From: Podarcis vaucheri
Taxonomy: Eukaryota
NCBI GenBank assembly: GCA_965113315.1
Contig: OZ220377.1
DNA: 64,000 nucleotides
Strand: one strand, 5' to 3'
Below are positions 50,611 to 64,000 of this stretch, one piece after another; position 1 is the stretch's first letter, and the number at the start of each line of letters is the position of its first letter. Below the pieces are notes generated by a model. The model had not been told where the DNA came from and ran no database searches. It saw nothing but the letters and a program-made list of their open reading frames with translations. The position numbers were made by a program, and so were the translations under genes.

Positions 50611-51548
50611 CAGACGGAATTGCTTTGTTACTTTCAAATGCAAGTTTCTCAGGATTCTGGACATCCCCCTCGTTTCAGTATAACTGGCACAGATGTGACA
50701 TTCTCTCTCTCATGATGAGCATTAAAATGATTTTTTTTAATCCACAAATGATTTTCATATCTTAATACCGCTCTGTTTAAGCTACTTGGAAAATTGATCA
50801 AGGTTAATTGATTTAAGTAGTGCTAACTTGTTTTGGGGGTGCCAATACATAGATCTAGTATATATAACTAGATCAATTCCAAATGGTTTTAAACAACCCT
50901 AGCACAGCCTTTCTGCCCAAGACAAAGGACATCTGGAATTTCCTGGAGTCCCATGAAATAGCCGTCCAGCTGTTTGGACATGTTCACTGTAAACATCAAT
51001 ACTGCTTGGCAGTTAACTCTTGCTAAAACAGACACATACACAGAACAGCATAGCTGTTAAGCTATGCAAAAATTTGCAGATGATTAAAAGTGATGTTATT
51101 AAAGAAGAATATGAACTTCAATTCATTAAGTGTGAAATATATCTACTATTGTGTGGAATAACAATTTGGATTTATTTAACAAGAACGATCTGTTTTGCTT
51201 AAACTCCCTAATTATACCAGCTTCTAATGACCATTTATATAAATAACCCAGTCATAGGCAATGCTGTTTTCGCCTCAGGTTATGTAGGCATTTCTTAAAG
51301 TTAGGTAGCATGCCACTTGCAAGTCTGCAGCCTACCATGTATGCAAGCACTATGCAAATTAAATTCCTCAAATTTAATGAAAATGTCTTGTGTACTAGAT
51401 AGAATAGTCTTTGTCAACCTGGTGCACTATAGATGTTTTGGAGTACAAGTCCAATCAGCACATCAGGTTAGCAAAGGTTGAGACAGTGAGACCTGGGTTC
51501 AAATCCCTCCTCAGCTGTGAAGCTCAAAGCCAAACTAAAGGCTACATG

Positions 51549-52393
51549 TAATAATAGTAATTTATACCCCACGCATCTTGCTGGGGTTCCCCAATCACTC
51601 TAGGCTGCTTCCAGCAAAATATTAAAATACCATAATTCATCAAATATTAAAAGCTTCCCTAACAGGGCTGCCATCAGGTGCCTTCTAAAAGTCAGATATT
51701 TATTTCTTTGCCATCTGGTGGGAGGGCATTCCAGAGCACGGGCGCCACTACCAAGAAGGCCCTCTGCCTGGTTCCCTGTAATGTCACTTCTCGCAGTGAC
51801 GGAACTTCCAGAAGGCCCTCGGCGCTAGAACTCAGAACCATGGGGGTGGAGACACTCCTTCAGGTACACTGGGCCGAGACCATTTAGGGCTTTAAAGGTC
51901 AGCACCAATACTTTGAATTGTGCCCAGAAACGTACTGGGAGCCAATATAGGTCTTTCAGGACCAGTGTTATGTGGTATTGGCAGCCACTCCCAGGTCTAG
52001 CTACCACATTCTGGATTAGTTGTAGTTTCTGGGTCACCTTCAAAGGTAGCCCCACGTAGAGTGCATGGCAGTAGTCCAAGCGGGAGATAACCAGAGCATG
52101 CACCACTCTGGCGAGACAGTCTGCGGGCAGGTAGGGTCTCAGCCTGCATACCAGATGAAGCTGGTAGACAGCTGCCCTGGACACAGAATTGACCTACGCC
52201 TCCATGGACAGCTGTGAGTTCAAAATGACTCCCAGGCTGCACACCTGGTCCTTCAGAGGCACAGTTACCCCATTCAGGACCAGCGAGTCCTCCATTCCCA
52301 CCCGCTCCTGTCCCCCCAAAATGGTACTTCTGTCTTGTCAGGATTCAACATCAATCTGTTAGCTGCCATCCATTCTCCAACCGCTTCTAGACT
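51549..52393 (-). mobile_element. L2-clade LINE 3' fragment (degraded RT C-terminus and 3' UTR)
   Basis: Frameshifted peptides LEAVGEWMAANRLMLNPDKTE, HALVISRLDYCHALYVGLPLK...KLQLIQN and HITLVLKDLYWLPVRFWAQFKVLVLTFKALNGLGPVYL are typical of L2 ORF2. Confidence 0.88.
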
Positions 52394-52425
52394 CGTAATT
52401 CTATTTCTCAGTGTTTTGTTTAAAG

Positions 52426-53045
52426 CATGGGTAGGCAAGCTAAGGCCCGGGGGCCGGATCCGGCCCAATCGCTTTCTAAATCCAGCCTGTGGAAGGTCCG
52501 GGAATCAGCGTGTTTTTACATGAGTAGAATGTGTCCTTTTGTTTAAAATGCATCTCTGGGTTATTTGTGGGGCCTGCCTGGTGTTTTAACATGAGTAGAA
52601 TACAGTGGTAATTTGGGTTACATACACTTCAGGTTACATATGCTTCAGGTTACAGACTCTGCTAACCCAGAAATAGTGCTTCAGGTTAAGAGGTTTGCTT
52701 CAGGATAAGAACAGAAATCGTGCTCCAGCAGCGCGACAGCAGCAGGAGGCCCCATTAGCTAAAATGGTGCTTCAGGTTAAGAACAGTTTCAGGTTAAGAA
52801 CAGTCCTCCGGAACAAATTAAGTACTTAACCCGAGGTACCACTGTATGTGCTTTTATTTAAAATGCATCTCTGGGTTATTTGTGGGGCCTGCCTGGTATT
52901 TTTACATGAGTAGAATATGTGCTTTTATTTAAAATGCATCTCTGGGTTATTTGTGGGACATTCCCCCCTCCTCAAAATAGTCTGCCCCCCCAAGGTCTGA
53001 GGGACAGTGGACCGGCCCCCTGCTGAAAAAGTTTGCTGACCCTTG
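52426..53045. mobile_element. hAT non-autonomous element with internal tandem repeats, interrupted by a Tigger-like MITE
   Basis: TIRs catgggtaggcaagct / agtttgctgacccttg; 8-bp TSD gtttaaag (52418-52425, 53046-53053); three copies of a roughly 68-bp internal unit. Confidence 0.9.
52603..52844 (+). mobile_element. Tc1/mariner (Tigger-like) MITE nested in the hAT element
   Basis: gagtagaaTA|cagtggta...gaggtaccactg|TAtgtgc; the uninterrupted unit downstream reads gagtagaaTAtgtgc. Confidence 0.9.
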
Positions 53046-53173
53046 GTTTAAAGGGAAGCATATGACACTTGTAGCATTGAATGACTGAAGGATAGCCTAC
53101 TAAAGCTTTCCCCGTTAGCCAATTTTCAACTCTGTGGTTCAGCAGGAACCCTGAAAGGAGACGAGATTTGTTT

Positions 53174-53197
53174 GTGTGTGTGTGTGTGTGTGTGTGT
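53174..53197. repeat. (GT)n microsatellite
   Basis: Direct dinucleotide run. Confidence 0.95.
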
Positions 53198-54607
53198 AGG
53201 CAGGGCTGTCAACCTTGGATCCTCAGAATTCAAAGCCATTTTGTTCCTTCAACACCAGCTGGAAATTTGTGTAATTAATCCCCTTGCCCAATTGGTTTCA
53301 ATCTACTATTTTACTTCTACTACCACCCCATTTAAGATTGCCCACCAAATGAGAAAAAGTTCAGATCTGTAAATGTGAAAAATATATTGCTATAAACAGT
53401 GATTATTTGTGCACATTATTTGCAGAATGGTGCCCTTCTGTGCATCTGCGAAACATATATTTCAGTGTGCCTTGGTCCACCATTATACACACACTCTCTG
53501 CCTTTTTACATTATGGGACTGTAGGTTTTTGCATTCAGAACCTCATTTGTTGCTGTCATGTTCATTTATATGAATGTATGGTGAATACAAATTGACTGTG
53601 TACCATGCTTAATTTGATTTGGCACCATTTTATGTTGACAGCTTGGAAACATGCTGACCATTTGTGTAATTAATTCAAACATTGAAAACGTTCCTTCTCA
53701 CCCCCCTCCATGCCTTAAATAGATCTGAGACTGAAGGGAATCAGAAGAATTACGGTTTTGAAACTTCAATATTTACAATGTTTCATTACAACTTACTTTT
53801 CTGGGACAATTCATAAGCCATGGTTTTTCTTATGATGAGCCTCTCACAGCATCCCTGTGCGAGAAGTTACGATGAAAGGCAGTGGCTCACTCACAATTAG
53901 CCAATAAGCACTGGGACTGAACAGGGACATCAACACAGTTTTGCCCAGTTTTGTCTATGTGCAGTTCTCTAACACCACACTGGCTCTCCTTTTCAGGGTT
54001 AAAACAATCTTTTGGCAAATTGTGGGGATTGCAGAATGGATCTGCGTGGAGACTGGGATTATATGACTTCTGTGATTGGGATAGTTTAGGGCTAAACAAT
54101 TAACTACTTGCTCACCTGGGGTGACTAGTTGGAAAAGGATTATTGTTGTGACATCACAGTTAACATCCTGAAGTTCAACACTGACTCCAGAGTTCAGCAC
54201 CAAGGGCAGAAATCCTGTTATATACACAGACTCTCTTAGTTGTGCCAATAATGAAGGTAATGAAGCCTAGCGTCTGTTACTTGCTAAATACCTTAGACTA
54301 TATCTTCAAAGCACTGCTGTTAAAGTAATTAATGAGCAAATGTGAAAAAGAAGAGGATGATATCAGCACTTCAAGCAATGCAGGAGAAAAGAGGCCTAAA
54401 TGAACGCCTGCAAGGTGTGACAATTTAATTGCTTAAAGAAATATGTCTACCAGTAAATAAAGGTTGTGTGTGAAAAGTTGAGCTGTGAGTATATTTTTGC
54501 TTTGTTTAAAAACAATCAGCTTAGATTTTATAGATCACACACATTGTGGTGTAATGACTAAACACACAGGATAATGCTCAAAAGTGTCTGTAAGATAACA
54601 GAGTAGT

Positions 54608-54669
54608 GAAGAAGAAGAAGAAGAAGAAGAAGAAGAAGAAGAAGAAGAAGAAGAAGAAGAAGAAGAAGA
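54608..54669. repeat. (GAA)n microsatellite, about 20 units, at the tail of an L2 fragment
   Basis: Direct trinucleotide run. Confidence 0.95.
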
Positions 54670-54947
54670 ATTTATTAGTATCAGTTATACCCCACCCATC
54701 ACTCTGGATGGCTCCAAATAGAATATTAAAAACACAATAAATACATCAAACATTAAAAACTTCCCAAAACAGGGCTGCCTTCAGATGTTTTCTAAAAGTC
54801 AGGTAGTTGTTTATTTCCTTGACATCTGATGAGAGGGCGTTCCACAGGGCGGGCGCCACTACTGAGAAGGCCCTCTGCCTGACTCCCTGTAACCTCATTT
54901 CTCACAGTGAGGGAACTGTAGAAGGCTCTCGGCGCTGGACCTCAGTA
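54670..54947 (-). mobile_element. L2-clade LINE 3' fragment
   Basis: Similar to 51560-51835 (cagggctgcc...ttctaaaagtcag...gggcgccactactgagaaggccctctgcct). Confidence 0.8.
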
Positions 54948-55279
54948 TAGCTCAGCATTATTTTAAAACATGGTACTGGGAACCAGGTCCAGATCCATGC
55001 TCATCAAGGGTGTCTGTATTGACTAAATCACCCTCTCTCAACTTCAGTTCTCCATCTATTGACCTTGCCAGAGCTTTGCAACAATGATGAACCAGACCAA
55101 AATTGTAACCAAATTGTAAAGCACTTTACAAATCAAGAAGTGATTTATTAATGAAAATACTAATAAATTATAATAGCCCTCATTTACTCTCTCAGCCACC
55201 AACTGTCTGTTTTACTTACTTGGGTAAAAGGTTGTCCTGGTAAAAAAAGAATTTTACTGTTGGTTGTGATGAGTTAAAA

Positions 55280-55404
55280 TCACCCTCTGCAACCTAGTGT
55301 TCAGATCTTTTAAACTACAACTCCCATCAGCCCCAGCCAGCACATGGAGCTGATGGGAGTTGTAATCCAAAACATCTGGAGGGCACTAGCTTGGGGAAGG
55401 CTGA
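55280..55404. mobile_element. Degenerate palindromic hAT-type MITE
   Basis: actacaactcccatcagc...gctgatgggagttgtaatccaaaacatctggagggc; further relatives at about 57680-57825, 58670-58785 and 62717-62855. Confidence 0.65.
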
Positions 55405-56174
55405 GTTAAATGCTTCATTTCTCTTGCTTGCTGCTGTTTTAGCCCAAGGTCTCCCACTCCTTTCCACAGAGCATCATGTGGCCAGAGCTTACTTCTGCTC
55501 TTTGGGGTGAGCAGCTTGCACTGAGGGAAGTTGTTGGATACCACTGTGGGGTTCCTGCACAACAGCCTGGTATGTTGCTTTGGTCCAAAGCAAAGTGGAG
55601 AGAAGGAGCTGAGTAGATCCCAAGAAGGACATCTTTAATGTCAAATCAGAGAAATTGATTCTGACATTTAGAAGGTAACTTCTAATTTCACTTAGGCCCT
55701 TAAACAGGACTCAGATTAATGGCTGTTACCTTACAAGCAGAATATATCAAAATAAATACAAGTCTTCATATGTCTACAGCTACCCTATAGCTTCCCAAAT
55801 TATAAACAAACAGTATGAGCTGCACTAAAAAGTGTCTAAATAAATGGCTCTAAGAAGCTATTTTAATATAGCAAAGATTAGTCACATAACTGTGTTTTGC
55901 ATAATTTTATTCCAATACATCTTCTTCTTTGGAGATTCTTGCAATGTAGTCAAGACAACTATAGCAACAGCAGTTTCTACTTATAGCTTTGCAGCTGTGT
56001 ACATAATATGGTCATTTGAGCTGCTGCTAAACTACAGAGATTCAACAATATTTCTTCTCTCTTCTTTCCCCTCCCTCTGTCTTCTCCTCAGTCCTGAGAC
56101 AAAGTTTCCAGTGGCAGGCAACATATCTGCTTTGGTATGTGTTCATACACATTTGTATTTGTGTGTATGTACAC

Positions 56175-56179
<5 letters not shown>

Positions 56180-56211
<32 letters not shown>
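56180..56211. repeat. (CA)n microsatellite
   Basis: Direct dinucleotide run. Confidence 0.95.
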
Positions 56212-56213
<2 letters not shown>

Positions 56214-57173
56214 TATTTATAACCACATCTCAAGGAAACAGCAGCTAAGTATAATTCAAGGTTCACAAACACACAGAGACACCCAAATTTGCAGGATTCA
56301 TAGAGCCTATAAATCCATTCGGGTGAGGGTGGGACATGCGGAAAATGACTAGTGAACTGACTGATTTCCATGGCACCTGCCAAGAGAAACATTACACCAT
56401 CACCTGGATGTTAGGCTCTTTCCCCAACTTTTAGATAAGAAGTGTTCAGGCATAACTAGAACTATAGTCTATCTTCTAACACCAAATCTATATCCATTAA
56501 TAGGTATTATTGCTAGAACACACAATGTTAGACTCAGGGTTAGTACACTTAAGAGTCTACAGTTGACTGCGACATGCTCTACCTGAGCTCAGCTGGGAAT
56601 AGTTCAGAGGCTCTGAAACACATGCTGAACCTGGCTTTACACTATCCATCTCCAAATCTGCATGTGGTTTGGGGGGTGGGATGAGGCAAGAAAGGACAAA
56701 AAAATAAATTTTAACATACTGGTCAATAGCAACTTGATTTGCAAGATAGTAATAGAATAGAATAGCTTCAAATCTCTGCTGCTTATTTTAAGCTCCAGAA
56801 TAAAATTGGTTTGAATTGTTTCTACATATATGCACGTAAAACAGAAATGAGACCCTTGGTCAGAACTTACTATCTACCTCTAACTACGGTAAATGCCACC
56901 ATGTTATCAGTCTGACTCTGACCAACATCTGCCAGGACTTTCCTTTACGGGGAAAATGTTCATGGCCTTTTTATTGCTTAGATGTAAGAAGCGCACCCAC
57001 AACAGATGAATTCAGATGCATCAATTCCCATGGCCAAAAGGATCTAAGATTATGTTACAGAGAATGAGTGCTTTAATACATGTTTTAAAAGTACAGCTAC
57101 AACCCTACCTAATGCACCCAACCAGAGTTGTGGTGGAGTATATCCACTTTGGCACACAAATATATTTGTGAAT

Positions 57174-57424
57174 GCCAGTGTGGTGTAGTGGTTAAGAGTG
57201 GTAGACTCCTAATCTGGGGAACCGGGTTCGCGTCTCCACTCCTCCACATGCAGCTGCTGGGTGACCTTGGGCCAGTCACACTTCCTTGAAGTCTCTCAGC
57301 CCCACTCACCTCACAGAGTGTTTGTTGTGGGGGAGGAAGGGAAAGGAGAATGTTAGCCGCTTTGAGACTCCTTAAAGGGAGTGAAAGGCGGGATATCAAA
57401 TCCAAACTCTTCTTCTTCTTCTTC
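57174..57424 (+). mobile_element. Squam3-like CORE SINE
   Basis: tRNA head gccagtgtggtgtagtggttaagag...gggttcgcgtctcc, CORE-like tgggtgaccttgggccagtcac...tctctcagccccactcacctcacag, L2-like 3' part and (CTT)n tail. Confidence 0.8.
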
Positions 57425-60400
57425 AATGCTATGGAGTCAACGTGTGGCAACCACACACCAATCCAACAATTGTGATCCTAGTCACAGATCTAGGATCTAT
57501 GGTTGCCAAAAAATAAGGAAAACCACAGTGTTTAAATTGTTGTGCGGAAGAACAATAAGTTACCTCCTGGACACTTCCTTTTAAAAAAGTTTCTTACAAA
57601 AATGATTTTTCACATTTGACTGAATAACTGATGGGCGGCAGTGTTGTTATCTATTGACACTGAGGAAGGAAGTAATATAGGCTGAAGGTTGAGGAACCCT
57701 TTGCCCCTCAGATATTGCTGAACTAAAACTCCCATCAGCCCCTGCAGCCATAATCAATTACCAGATATGGTGGGCATTATAGTTAAACAATATCTGAAGG
57801 ATTAAAGGTCCCTCACACCTGATTAAAAGCTCCCCACCCCCATAATGCAATTGAGCTACATGGCATAGAGAAATAGCCCAATGTCTTCCCCTCTTTCACC
57901 ACAGCTAAGAGATTTCAAGAAAGTCCATACTGACATGTTCAGTTTGATGAAGAGCTACTTCATATTCCCTATCACTGATGACGCCAGCCATTGAAAGGGA
58001 ATGTGCATGTATGCACACACTTTAACCTCAATACCACAACACAGATCCACCCTGTTGCAGCGCAGCTCTGTTATAATTACCAATAGTGGCAGAAGAAAAG
58101 GGCTCTCCTACTGCATAGTTCTGCTGAAAACATGAGCACATTGCCAATCTGTCTCCTGTGATACTTCCTCTTTGTGATTTCTACCCTTGCAAAAGATTGG
58201 CTGTGGTCTTTTTGTCTATGTGGATTAATTTCAAATTGCACAGGCAAAAGGAAGGGCTTCATCTGAATTTAGGCAATTGACAAGTGGATGGAGTTAAAAT
58301 GGCCTCCAGAAGTTGATGGAGGTCAGGATCTGGCCTGCTGACAGGATCCTGGACCAAAGTCTAGGACACAATTATGGTTTTCCACTATTGCTACAGCCTC
58401 TGATGAAAGTAATTAATATTATAAATATTGTAAGACTGTTTTTCTAAAGCATTTAACAAAAATGTATTATGATGAAATCAATTCCTTCATGGTGGCAGAA
58501 GTTACACTATGAAAAAGGCCTTGAAATATGCCTGTGCAATTCTTGACCACCACTGCCTCTCCACTGCAATCAAATATTACTATAGGGAAAGAGGCTGAGG
58601 CAGATGCTTTCACTCTCCATTATGAAGATTGTGAAACAAAAACAAAATTCTTATAACAAAATACACTAAACTAGGGTTTCCAAAATTTGAGTCTCCAGCT
58701 GTTTCTCATCATCCCTGACCACTGGTCTTGCTAGCTAGGGGTGATGGGAGTTGTAGTCCCCAAAAACAGCTGTTTGAAAAACCTGGCATTAAACTATTAC
58801 ATATTTTAGTGATGGAGCCTAATTTTTTAAAAAAATATTTGGAAAATGTACATGACAATATAGCAATTTTTCAAAGAAAACCCTTTTGAGATCCTGTATC
58901 TCTGATTCTGGGATATAATTTCACAGATACTGATTGCATGGACTCCAAATGAGACTACAGCTGACTACCCTAACAATCTGAGATTTATTCTGAGAACTTG
59001 GAGAAAAAGAAGAGTGATTGTTGCTACTATTTCTGTCCTTCACACTCCAACCCACATTTATTTTACACTTCAAAATTTTAAAGGCATTCTGTGGAAAAAT
59101 AAAAGCAATAAATCCCACTCTGATGTCTCTGCACATCTCCCAAACAGGTAACGATTCAGCTGAATAATACTAAAGGCGACGAGATAGAGAAAAATGAAAT
59201 AAATGGAAACATACAAGGGGGGAAGTAGCTCCAGGACGCTGGACGGGCTCCATGGGCAGGGGAGACTGAGAAAGTACAATTCAAAAGAAAATTAATTATT
59301 AAAACGAACAACCATTATAAAAACAGGACATTTTCATTTTAAAAGACTGAAGGGGCCCACACACAATCTTTCCTTTGTAATTCCTCAGGAGGACTTTTGT
59401 GTTGCCATATTGTAAACTGCCCTCTGATCCACAGATGAAGGATGGTGCAGAAATTTAATTAGAAAAAAATAAATAAGAGTGAGGCACTTAAAATGCCAGT
59501 TGTCCAAATCTTTTCTGAAATCAAATGGGGCTTCATATGGTACAGCACTAAATTGGGAGTGAATCAACAAAATGGATGTATATCCTGGGCTTCTAGACAG
59601 AAGAATTAAGTGATGTGATGATGATCATTCCAACAACTTCAAGTGCAACATTTCCAAACAAAGAAACATTCGATGCTAAACATTCAAAAAAATTCATTGC
59701 ATTTATAAACAAGTTCAGCCATCTGCCCACTTGACTCTTTCCCCCACCAAACCAGTTTTAGTGAAACTGAAGCCAACACAGATGCTTTTATTTATTTCTG
59801 TTTGTGCATTTCTTTCTTGAGACATTGCCAAATGGAGGGGGGAAACACAATGAAAGTGAAAACTGCCACTTAGTTTGCCACAATTGCCACATGGTTTGAA
59901 CAACCACAAATTGGGCATGACAGATTAATGATTTTGGGGGGATTATAAACCTACACAAAACCTCCCTTTCCTGGTGAAAGTGGTGCATCTGACTGGTTGT
60001 ACAGTTGCAAGAGCCCTGGATGAAACAAATCAACTTGATTTTGATCTGGCTTCCAGGTGGGGTTCAGGATTAGAACTGTCTCCCTTCTGGTTGATGGTCT
60101 TCATCAAAAGATGGTGGGGGAAAGTAAGACCCTCTTGATTATCCTACAGCTCATGATTACCCCATACATAGCCCTCTGCATTTCTCTATACCATTAACTA
60201 CAACATCCTTCTGGACCAACTGCACACGGTGGGAGTGGAGTCACTGTGTTAAAGTGGTTCCATTCCTACAGAGGTTACAAAAGTGGTGCTTCAATAGGTT
60301 CATGTTTTTAATTAATCCATAATGGGTTTATATTGCAATATTGCTTTATGATTATTTAAACACCTCTTAAAGAGTCCAGTAAAAAAAATAAATAAAATAA

Positions 60401-62260
60401 ATTAAACACACACAGAATTTAAGACATTCTGTTTCAGATGTATGTTAGTAACAATTCCTAATCCAGAAAAAATATCCTAATGAATTTTATTGCATCTTAG
60501 AGCACATTTAACCACTGTGACGTTGTCCATTTAAACCCTCACATGAACTGTCCAGCATCCAACTTCACTTCAACGTAATACCCCTAACATTTGAGGGGGA
60601 AGCGGCCTCAAGGAGCTTCTTTTAGAACTAAAATCATACAGAGGGACAGGCTAAAGAAAACCTACAAGGTGACAGAGGTTTTTCAGGAGCTGACAGTACA
60701 AAGCACCCTGCAAGAGAGACTACCATGTTTGTTTGTATCGAGGACACTTTGAATTTCCCCACCCTTTTGTCTATCAGAAAGGAAGGCATGTACATGTCTG
60801 CTGGTTTTAAGGAATGCAAATATAAATGTAGGATTATGTAGTGACAGGTGGTCATATTGAGCCAGGAAGGAAACCAGAGTTCTTAGTTCTAGCCCAGTGC
60901 CCTGCACCCCCAACCCTTCCCAATGACAACACAACAATAGCAGTCAGCTGAATTAAAATATTTGCTTATGGACTGATTCAACTATTTGCTTCATGGGGGC
61001 AGCTTGAAATTGCTGCATATGTCAGACAGCCCTTCATGTGCAGCTGTTCATGCCTAGGATTTAACTTTTTAACCAGTACATGGGGGCATTTGTATGGTAA
61101 TGCCATACAGGGAGCTGAGGACAACCATCTAATTACAGCAGAAAAGCCAGGTTGTGCCATTATTCCAAGTGGCTGTCAAGTCCAAACATCTTGAAAAAAA
61201 TCTCTGTAAGCAACCTTAGCAAACCAATTTTAATTTATATCAATTAATACTGAAACACAAAGACATGTATGAACAAACACACATAAAAATACCAAATTCA
61301 TTACCTTTGGTAGACAAAATGCCAATTTATCAGATGCAATGAGATATTAGCATTTAACTATGCACTGCAAGGATTAATTTGAATCAATACTTTATTCAAG
61401 TACTATCACACCAACATGGAATGTACAAAAAGTTTGATAAAGGTTGAAGGAACCTCTCCTTTTCTGTACAAGGAACTCCAAGGTGCACCTTGTAACTTTG
61501 TTAATATGCTATTATTAGAATCCCTCAACTATACAAAGATAATCAAGGAACATTCTAAAATCAGTCATATTAAAAACACTCCCCAGACAACATACAAGGC
61601 AGATGTAGAATGAGATGAGCAACATGCTTGGTGTTAATAAGAAAACATGTAGAGCGTTCATACAAAGTGGATAATATGTGCTACAAAAGACAAAATAAAT
61701 ATGGAAAAGGAATAGAAGAGATCAAGAAAAAAGCTGACACCTATTTGCACAAAACTACAGACTGGGCAAGCTGAGGAGGACAGAAACGCCTTCCCCATCC
61801 TTATTCCCCACACCACTAGTAATGGAATTATACATCATAAAGGAACACATACTGTTCAGACAAGCAATGCAAGTTGCATTAAAAGAGTTGTATTTCCCTT
61901 ACCACTTTAGAGCCATACAGATAGAAAGCATGACAGACACTTCCTATAAGGAATAAATTTGGCACTGTCAGCAAGATTAACTAGATTTGCAGTCCTGCCT
62001 GCAATATTGGGGCGGGGGCGGGGAGAGCACAGAAGGACACCTGAACATTTCCTTCCAGGGGTTTTATGACAGGAATAAACCGTGACCTCTGTACCCTCTA
62101 CAGTTGTTTGTTTTTTTCATTATTATTACTACTACTATTTCCACCTCTTTTTTAAAAAACATATCACATCCATAAAAATGAAGGACAGCAGCTGAGATCC
62201 AGGGTTGCACATGGTGCAGGCACACTTTTCTTTTACTGCACCTTCCCAGGAAATGCTATA

Positions 62261-62486
62261 CAGTGGTACCTCAGGTTAAGTACTTAATTCGTTCCGGAGG
62301 TCCATTCTTAACCTGAAACTGTTCTTAACCTGAAGCACCACTTTAGCTAATGGGGCCTCCTGCTGCTACTGCGCCGCCGCTGCACGATTTCTGTTCTCAT
62401 CCTGAAGCAAAGCTCTTAACCCGAGGTAATATTTCTGGGTTAGCGGAGTCTCTAACCTGAAGCGTATGTAACCCGAGGTACCACTG
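62261..62486 (-). mobile_element. Tc1/mariner (Tigger-like) MITE
   Basis: TA|cagtggtacctc...gaggtaccactg|TA with perfect TIRs. Confidence 0.92.
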
Positions 62487-63215
62487 TACATGGCAGGACC
62501 TTAAGTGCGGCAATGCTCTGCACGCTCATGATTCCCAGCAACTGAAATTTCAAAGGCATGCTGTCTTCAACACTAGAGGCAGAGCACGGCCATCAAGGCT
62601 AGTAGCCACTTTCTAGTAGCATCACCCATCATAGCTAGCAGACATCCCGCCCCTTGCCTTCTCAGTGGGGTGGGAGGGAGAAGGACAGTAGCAGGTGGAG
62701 ATCACTGTCCCTTTATAGCGGGGGTGGGGACCTTGTGACCCTCCAGATACTGTGGAACTACAACTGCCATCATCTCTGACCGCTGCCTATGCTGTCTGGG
62801 GAGGATGAAAACTGGAGTCCAACAACATTTAGAGGTCCCCATGGTTTCTATCCCTGTTTCATAGCATGATCATGTTACTTGCACCTAGTTTTATTCATAC
62901 ATATAATTTTCAAAAACAGTATTTCTTTAGGTATCTTAAAAATGAAGGAAACTAAAAGCAAAACAGAAGCTCAGTTGACAAAAAATGGAATCCATACTAA
63001 TAACACAGTGATTACTAAATCAGCATTTATATAAGAAAGGATCTGGCCTAATGCTGGGCTTTCATTTTAGGAACAACAGAGTTAGAACTTTATTTCAAAG
63101 CCAATATGTAACAAGGAGTTTTGGCTTCTTTCTGAATGCCAGTATCTTTTTCTTAGAAATAAATAAATTTTATGCTATTCTTAAGATAGTTATTAACTTT
63201 CAATACTTTTTGAGC

Positions 63216-63420
63216 AGATCCACACCTTCCATTTAAAGCATATCAAATGCGTATTTAAAGCAGATGACTTCCCAAAGCATCCTTGGAATTGTAGTTTCCC
63301 CCTCGCAGATCCATAATTCTCAGCACCCTTAATAAACTACATTTCCCAGAATTCCTGGGGGGGGGGAATCATGTGCTTTAAATGCGTATTGAACGAGCTT
63401 TAAATGTATGATGTGGGTCT
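63216..63420. mobile_element. Palindromic MITE-like repeat
   Basis: Imperfect inverted arms: agatccacac...catttaaagc...gcgtatttaaagcagatgacttccc / gggaatcatgtgctttaaat...gctttaaatg...gtgggtct. Confidence 0.65.
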
Positions 63421-63926
63421 GTCTACATGCAATCCCACATCTATCCAGCTAAAAATTCAATTAATTTTTGAACTCTAAAACCACTTGGCATGTCAAGATG
63501 TCTGCACAACTGTTACCACAATTGCAAAATAAGCCTCAAATATTTTGCACACAAAGTGGAATAATCAATTTCTATAGAAAACATGTAGGAAAGAGGGCCC
63601 CAGGAACTAGATCAAAAGATGGAAGGAGGTATACTAAATTTACCCACCAATGATTTGTTTCTAAAGCAATGGATAAATTTACCAGTAATTTGGTTTTGTA
63701 ATATCTTTGAATAATCTAATCCTTAGGGATACATCAATACCGTGCATATAAGACAGGTCATCATTAAAAGTGGTAAGCCTGAGGCACCAACTGGTAAGCC
63801 TAAGGCACCAATCTATTTTCACATTTTTGTAAAAGACAAAACATTGCAACTCCAAAGTACTCTTAAAACTATATAAACCTAGAGCAGATACTTTAGAGCA
63901 GGGTGCATGGCTTACTATTACACATG

Positions 63927-63928
<2 letters not shown>

Positions 63929-63966
<38 letters not shown>
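63929..63966. repeat. (GT)n microsatellite
   Basis: Direct dinucleotide run. Confidence 0.95.
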
Positions 63967-63967
<1 letters not shown>

Positions 63968-64000
63968 GCTTTCTTGTTTTTATTGATGTTTTAAGATTGG

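Noticed and set aside
51825-52468. RT-like ORFs as an active retroelement gene
   Set aside because: Short, frameshifted and 5'-truncated L2 remnant.
36164-64000. Expected SH3 and PX exons of the long PX-RICS isoform
   Set aside because: No match found by eye or in the ORF track to motifs such as WWRGKHGFQVGLFP; they probably lie beyond the window. A tblastn with human PX-RICS would settle this.

Overview
Vertebrate genomic DNA. The repeat content (Sauria SINE, Squam3-like SINE, BovB, L2, CR1, hAT and Tc1/mariner MITEs) points to a squamate, probably a lacertid lizard. The window holds the 3' part of ARHGAP32 (RICS/p250GAP/PX-RICS) on the minus strand. I traced 12 coding exons between 36163 and 9123, all with GT-AG boundaries and consistent phases. 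They encode the RhoGAP domain and the long C-terminal tail ending ...RPETEIHAE*. A 3' UTR of about 4.5 kb follows, probably ending near 4550-4600. From the in-frame MKSRP ATG (36119) the exons give a 1758-aa protein, matching the short p250GAP/RICS isoform. I found no PX or SH3 exons, so 36164-64000 is most likely one large intron of the long isoform. It contains a candidate internal promoter and first exon, two candidate in-frame cassette exons, and a candidate antisense promoter and first exon. Most ORFs in the supplied track are spurious. I see no convincing new biological system. The best leads are the candidate exons and antisense unit in the large intron, the 3' UTR regulatory module, and several structured or nested transposon insertions. 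All family and orthologue assignments come from recalled sequence knowledge, not database searches.
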